Assembly: GCA_012295275.1 (NCBI GenBank)
Contig: CM022670.1
Span: 11,656,001 to 11,720,000 of the forward strand
Reading direction: 5' to 3'
DNA: 64,000 nt
Origin: Chrysomallon squamiferum
Taxonomy: Eukaryota; Animalia; Mollusca
The translations under genes were made by a program, and so were the position numbers. This document shows, piece after piece, positions 56,872 to 64,000 of the stretch. The notes under the pieces were generated by a model. The model had not been told where the DNA came from, made no database searches, and saw only the letters and a program-made list of their open reading frames with translations. How positions within the stretch are numbered: position 1 is the first letter of the stretch; every line of letters starts with the position of its first letter.

Positions 56872-56997
56872 GATAATGATGATAATGATGAACTGGAAGT
56901 TTCAAATGAAATGGCAAATAGGATGTCTCTGTTTTATGCAAATGCAACACCAATGTTGAAAACACTTAGTGAGTGTACAACAAAGTTTGTATCACAG
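56872..56997 (+). CDS. CYRI: CYRI coding exon 6
   Basis: tttag|GAT...CAG|gtgaga. [25 protein letters not shown]. Confidence 0.95.
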
Positions 56998-57279
56998 GTG
57001 AGAGACTGTGTTTTGATAGGAATTTATCTGTAATAAAAATTTTACCTGCAGAAGTGAAGTGGTTTCCTTAAAGATATTACTTATTACTGTGTGGTAATTC
57101 AGGTTCTGAAGTCAGTTAGAAGCTTCTGTGACAGGTATTTGTGGATAAAGTTAAATTTTCTTTTGTTTCATCTGAACTTCCACATACATGGTACACCTTT
57201 AAAAATATCTAAAAATTTCTATTGTATTCATATCAGCTGCACTTCCAAATAACATTATAAATAAATATTACAGAGTCAG

Positions 57280-57313
<34 letters not shown>

Positions 57314-57393
57314 TTGTTATTATTATTATTATTATTATTAATTATTATTGTTATTGTTATTGTTATTGTTGTTATTATTATTATTATTATTAC

Positions 57394-57443
<50 letters not shown>

Positions 57444-57470
57444 TTATTATTATATTTATCATCATCATCT
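57280..57470. repeat. (ATT/GTT)n microsatellite
   Basis: Direct reading. Many shorter (CA)n, (TA)n, (AAT)n and (AAAT)n tracts across the window are not listed individually. Confidence 0.9.
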
Positions 57471-57598
57471 TTTAATTTTTTTTAAATTATTATTTATTTG
57501 TCAGAACTTGCATAAAATTAATTGGTCAGTTAGTTTAGGAGCATTATGATGTATAAATTTGCCTCCATGACACATACATGATTTTGATTTTGTTACAG

Positions 57599-57678
57599 AA
57601 CAAAGAAATACCAGTAGAACAAACCACTGATGTTCTTAGTACAATGGCAAATATCTGTCGCGTAATGATAGAAAATCA
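57599..57678 (+). CDS. CYRI: CYRI coding exon 7
   Basis: ttacag|AAC...CA|gtaagt. NKEIPVEQTTDVLSTMANICRVMIEN. Confidence 0.94.
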
Positions 57679-58210
57679 GTAAGTCAGTTTACTTGTTGCC
57701 ATATAATATACAAGATTGTTTCTAGATTGTTTGTGGTTGATCTTCTTCACTGTGGTGATAGGTTTCACCATGTAGCAACAAACACTACTGATGTGGGTAT
57801 CAGGATCTAGTGACCAAATTTTAAATGTATATTATAAAGGTAAAAATACATGCATAAAAATTCTTACGAAAATATAAAATACGAGATATTATGAGTTAAC
57901 TAAGCATATATTCAGTGATAAAATATAGCTACAGATGAAGATAAATGTACTCAAGAAAGTTGAGAAAGTTTATTTAATAGTTTTTCTATGTCAGTTTCAG
58001 AATCTACAGAATTACAGAAAGACTCATAATATTTATATTTCAGTAGTTAAAAATGATAAAATAATCTTTTATTAATTTTTTTAATTTTAATTTGCAGTTA
58101 AATATTATGGGTCAGATGTTATGTAAGCAATGTTGTTTTTCTTTTTAAGTGAAGGAAATTTTGTTACCTTTTCTATATTGTGATGATAATTATTTATGTG
58201 TTTGTTGCAG

Positions 58211-58337
58211 AGAATACAGCTCTAGGTTTCAAAATGAAGAAACTAAGCTGTTCTGTTTGAGGGTGATGGTTGGTGTCATCATTCTCTATGACCACGTTCA
58301 TCCAGTTGGAGCTTTTGCTAAAACATCAAACATTGAC
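58211..58337 (+). CDS. CYRI: CYRI coding exon 8
   Basis: tgcag|A...GAC|gtgagt. [24 protein letters not shown]. Confidence 0.96.
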
Positions 58338-58372
58338 GTGAGTCTTCCCGTAATTAATTACAAATACAATTC

Positions 58373-58424
<52 letters not shown>

Positions 58425-58912
58425 TTATTATTATTATTTTTTTTTTTTTTTATTAATTATTATTATTTAAACAAATTTTTTATTTAAACAAATTTTTATT
58501 ATTTTTTTAATTATAATTTGGAAAGTATATTGTTAATTTTACTAACAAATGTGGTATCATCAGTTAATATGAAGAATCTCGAGCTGTCAAACTGGCCTGA
58601 TAGACTGGATAAAACTGTTTTTAATATGTGCGAGGGTCTTTAAAGAGAATGAAGAGATTAATGTTTGTTATCCACTGTGTTTTTAATAACCATTTCATTT
58701 TTATTTTAAACTGTATTATTGCATCTCCTTATTTAATTTTTTCATCAGTTATATTTTTTCTGTTCAGTTTGAAATAATACAGTATAAAAATACCTCTTTT
58801 TTTCACTTTTTCTTTTTTCAATTTGATTAAATTTTAACAACATATTATTATCATGAATAACGTAGGTTTAGTGTATAAGGAAATAAATCTTTTCACTTTT
58901 CATTTGTTGCAG

Positions 58913-58983
58913 ATAAAAAGTTCCATTAAAGTTTTAAAACAGGAAGGATCAACAAAAGTGGAAGGATTATTGAACGCCCTGAA
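58913..58983 (+). CDS. CYRI: CYRI coding exon 9
   Basis: tgcag|ATA...AA|gtaaga. IKSSIKVLKQ...VEGLLNALK. Confidence 0.94.
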
Positions 58984-59336
58984 GTAAGATTGATGATAAA
59001 TTCTGTTTTTAAATTAATGATAAAATGCATCAGTTTAAAATAATCATTTCAAAGTCAAAGTCAGTGTTTTCTTTATTATAACGAAATGTGAAACAGCAAT
59101 TAAACGAATTGCAGGTGCAGTGTTCATTAATAGTTACCTTTTTAATTCTTAAACTCACTCTGAAATTCTGAAATTTTATTTTATTTTATTTTATTTTATT
59201 TTATTTTATTTTATTTTTTGATGATATGTTCAACATATTTCATAACTGAAACTGACATAAAAAACTGTTCTCTTAATACAGTTTAGATCTTTAAAATGGT
59301 ATTATAAATTAATAATGTTTTTTGTCATTTTATTAG

Positions 59337-59407
<71 letters not shown>

Positions 59408-59455
59408 AACACAAAACATACATACACATATATATTAATTTTTTATTTATTTTAG

Positions 59456-59519
59456 ATATACAACGAAACATCTTCACGATGAAACCACATCAAGACATAT
59501 AAAAAGTCTGCTAGCATGA
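59456..59519 (+). CDS. CYRI: CYRI last coding exon
   Basis: tttag|A. YTTKHLHDETTSRHIKSLLA*. Spliced CDS 984 nt. Confidence 0.94.
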
Positions 59520-60762
59520 CAAGCCTGACACATTCCTTTCTCTCTCTCTCTCTCTCTGTCTTTTTATTTTCTGTTTAAAAAGAAATCAGAGTTTTTCTTT
59601 CTGATTAGACAAAGTTGTTGTGTTCAAATGAACTAGTTGCTTCATTTTTCGTCACTGATAAATAACTGTTATGTGTACATGGCAGCTAACTTGTCCTTGT
59701 CAGATACCTATTTACATCAGTGACTCTGTTCATAATATGTGTGTGAATTTATAATCACGTCTGTGTGATAAGAAAACAAACAACAAATGAAATCTTATTT
59801 TTTAATAGATTTTTTGGACAGAAATCAGTTTTTCAAAAATGTTTAATACAACATAGCAGTTAAAAGAAACTCATCTTTCATTTTAAATAGATTTCATTAC
59901 TTCAAACTTCAACAGTTTAGGGGGCGAAAAGAAAAAGAATGATACAGATAATTAGGTTAATTGATTACGACATTTTTGTTGTTGTTGTTGATAATTTTAA
60001 TATTAAAAGGAGTATTAGTAAAAAAAAAATATTATTGTAATATTGATCAGAGAAATAACACTTCCTGATATAAGTTATATTCAAATCATCAGGCATTTGT
60101 GCTTGAACAGTTATTTTACCTAAACTTCTGTTCTGAGTAATGTGTGCCTTTGCTCTGTTAATTTTAATGTTTAAAAACTGAGAACAACAGTGAAGATGTT
60201 TATGAATTCTGTTCTTATTCACGATATTTACTTCCATAAATGGACTATCTGACTTCTTTTAAATCTGTATTGCTCTTGGTGAACATTTACTAAGCTAGCC
60301 AGTTACCTCAGAGCTGGAGTAAATAGGTGAATGTGATGAACTAGTTTAATTTTCACAACTGAATGGAAATCTGTATATATTGTACTTCAGAGGGTAAACT
60401 GTGTAATAATGTATATAACAAACACACACACACAAAAGAAATATATACACAGAAACATGTCATACAATAATTTTGTTTAAATTTTTGTCTACTATTGTTA
60501 CGTGCAACAAATTCTTACTTAAATTACAGTTAAGATTATTTGTATACAGATGCTATCTTGTCCCCAGTTTACAGTTCTGATCTGAAACACAGGAATGTCA
60601 CTGTTTCACTGTGACTGCTAGAGTCTAGGGAAACAGTTTGTTAAATCATAAAAGAGTTTAGCAGTAACTTTGACGGTATCAGAGAAGTGTGGATTATTTT
60701 AGTATTATGCATCCTTGTTTTTGTATTTAAACTTGGCTTTCAATTATTATTTTTTCAGGAAA

Positions 60763-60802
<40 letters not shown>

Positions 60803-63800
60803 CACACACACACATATAAAATAAAAATAGAGTGGCATTTGATAGGATAATTTCTAATGCTTGGCTATTCTTCATTATTGCTAATTTGCATGAACTTAAA
60901 TGGCATTTAATTCATAAGATATTTGGACTTTTAATTCACATACTATGGCTACATATATATATATGTATAATAATATAATGTGCATAAATAATTATGTTAT
61001 GACATGACTAAAGAAACAAAAAAAAAAGGCTTCAGTAATACTCTGTTAATTACTAATACAATAACATTTAAAGTATTAAAAATATTTTCTTTGTTTTTGG
61101 GGGATTTCTGCCATGAAAAGTAATTTATTACATTTTTTCATAGCATGCAGAATGTCTGTCTCAGTTTCATGATCAATATTTTCAACATTATCTCTGTATT
61201 TAACATAGTACTTGCTTTACACATGCAATTTTGTAAAAGGTATTTCCAGATAAATCACAATACATTTCTAAGAGGTCATTTATCCATGTATCTGTAAGTA
61301 CTGTAAAATTTGTTTTTGTTTTTTTTTTAATGCTGTTTGTAAAAAAGTGTACAATGGAAGATAAAATATGTATCAGATAGATCTATTGTAAATTTATTCT
61401 TTGATTTTTTTTTTTTTTTATTAAAAAACTTAAGTTATTATTTCATAAACCATTTGAGCTTTTTTTTTTTTTTTTTTTTTTTCATACAGAAATCAAAACT
61501 AGTGTATTTTTGATGATGATATATCAGTCACTTTTAAAATGTGACAGAGCTGCAAAGTGCTAGAATTACAGATATTGTCCATAACAGATTCATCATTCAG
61601 AATGCTGCCAAAGTATTTAACATCACACAGTCTGAATGTGAATGTTTTATGAAAAGACAAAAAAAAGAGAAAAACATTGCCTGATCATTAAATGAATTCT
61701 TTGATGAATTAAGATGACAGAATTAAAATATGAAAATCTGACTTATAAAAAATACAATTAAATAAAAATAAAAAAATAAAAATTTAGTTTCTGCATGTAC
61801 AGTAACATGATGAAATCTGCTAAACTGACTGGATCTCCAATATGAAGCAATATTTTTAATTGTTCAGAAAGAAACCAACAACTGATGAAATCACAAGGAC
61901 TTTGAATTATTATCTCTTAATAATAATAATACAGGAAAAGACTTTTTTTTTTTTTTTTTTTTTGGAGGGGAGTCATGGAAAACTGTTTTTTTTTGTGTGT
62001 GATTGATTATGTTTGTGTGTCATAGCAAGAAAGAGAGCAGTTATAATTATGTTTGATTTTTAATTTTTTCTTTACTGAAAACAACTCAAATGACTGACTG
62101 CATTTTATCACAGTGTTGAGATATTTTGCTTACTAAAGAGTGTGTGTTTTGTTTTTTTAGCAGTAAAAATTGCAAAGTAAGCACCTAGAAAAGCTTAATT
62201 CTGGCATTATTTGGTGTTGTGATTAGGACTGTTTATCAGTGTGTTAAAGTCTTTGTTATTTCAGAAACAGTATCCAGTAGCCATCGTTTATGAAATACTT
62301 ATTTGTATTTGAGTCTTTTTTTTTTTTTTTGTGACAGATCACATATATTTCTTTATTGATGACTTTACAAGCTGACTTTATATCAGCAGTCTTTTTATAC
62401 AATAGTTTATATTTTCTTAATTTGTTAACATTATTATTGTTTATATTTCAATGAAATGCATTAAATCACTGGTTTTTTTTTACTATGCCTGTAAAAAGAT
62501 GTTTTCAAAGAAAAATTTCTTGACATTTCTTGACAGTTTTAATAGTGTTAGATTTTATATATTATTTAATTTTATTTTATTTATTTTTTATATATAATTT
62601 TTTTTTCTTTTGTTTTCTTCTTATTCTTCTTATTTTGTTTAATCTTTATTATTAATTTTTTTTTAATCTTACTTTTTTTGTTGGTTTTCAATATACAACT
62701 GAAGAAATTATATTATAGTCATTGTATTAGATAATATTTCTGTGTTAATGAAATAATAATTATATTTAATGAATGTAAATTTTGATAACTTGTTTTAAAG
62801 GAAAGAAAAATAAATCCAGGCATTCCACATAAATGATTTTTTACACTGACAGTTTTCAGTTCTAGATGGTAGCATTTGAGGCTAAAAGAATAATAAAATA
62901 AATCATTCTTATGACAATTTCTTTTGATTACAAAAATTCACTCTTTTTTTATATACAAAGCTGTGTTGTTCAGTATTTCAGATTCTAAAACATACAAATT
63001 AATAATATTAATTTTCTTGGCTTAATTATTTTGCATAATTTTAGTGCTTTTTAGAATTTTCGTTTGTATGCATAACACTTAGGTTTTTTTCATACTTTGA
63101 TCCCTTTCTAATTCCTTCTTCTTTTTTTTTTTAAATATATTTTATATGTTTTGAAACTTAAAAAATGTAGATGATTTTAGAACACTGTAACATTTTGTTT
63201 GCTTACATGCTGTAATCAACATCTATAAAAACTTAGTGCTTTTGTTATTTTTGTTTTGTTTACTATTAAATGTTTTGTATAGATTTACGTAAATACAAAT
63301 TTGCTTTATTAAAGTGTATATCTGTGGCAGTGTGAAAAAAAAAATGGTCTCAAAATTAATAAATTCTTGATACTTACAAACTATTATTTTAAGCAATCTA
63401 AAACAAAAACAGTGAAATTATACCATTACAAAACATTTCAACTCGACCATTTATATATTTTTTTATCTTCATAACTGGAGTTATGACATTATGAGATACA
63501 TAAACCAACAGACAGCTGTACTTTTTAAAACAGCCCCCAGAGGAAACTCATCTGCCCTGCATAACCAAAGCTACAGAAAAATGGCAAAAATCTTTTGTTA
63601 TAATACTTAATTAATTAATAACGATTTGAATACCTAAAACAAATAAAACATAACTTAGCTGTATGCCTAATGTAATTTGGACCGTTTCTTCGTTATTATC
63701 AAAGGTGTACTTCAAAACTTAATCAATCTTTCTGTCATCCAGTATCTGTGAATTCTCTTTATGTGATTCTGATGGTGTGTTAATGTTGTTTAATATATTC

Positions 63801-64000
63801 AGATGTTGTCTGTTCTAGAAATTGTTGATGTGAAAAATAACACAAAGCTAGCTGTTATTATGACAACACTGTTTTTTCACTTGTAAAACTTAATTGTTTA
63901 TTATACTTTTGTACAAAAATAAAATCCACATCATTTTTAAATGAACTTTTCACTATAATAAATATTTTCATTATTCCTGTTATTATTATTATCATTATCA

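Noticed and set aside
58575-58680. Second possible hAT MITE (ctgtcaaactggcc...gtttgttatccactg)
   Set aside because: TIR match is poor and no TSD is visible.
59517-59530. TGA-C stop of CYRI as a readthrough site
   Set aside because: The next in-frame stop is three codons later and the context is not a strong readthrough motif.

Overview
AT-rich, microsatellite-dense animal genomic DNA with spliceosomal introns; probably a lophotrochozoan such as a mollusc (inference). Three intact intron-containing genes lie on the + strand, each reconstructed by hand with consistent splice phases. (1) A GluN3-type NMDA receptor subunit: 8 visible coding exons, 9284-35648, 1054 aa, first exon(s) upstream of the window, last intron GC-AG. 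(2) A FAM110-family gene: 3 coding exons, 43369-47494, 325 aa. (3) A CYRI/FAM49 gene: 10 coding exons, 53315-59519, 327 aa. There is also a 131-bp hAT-type MITE with an 8-bp TSD, plus local duplications and minisatellites. The unexpected signal is in the non-microsatellite intronic and intergenic DNA. Much of it translates, with frameshifts and stops, into ordered cadherin (EC) repeat motifs (xEN, AxDxDxGxN, FxIDxxTG, LDRE, AxDxG, DxNDxxPxF), interleaved with the living genes' exons and seen on both strands. This suggests a very large decayed cadherin locus, possibly double-stranded. It was read by eye only; extent and strand need a frameshift-aware profile search with controls.
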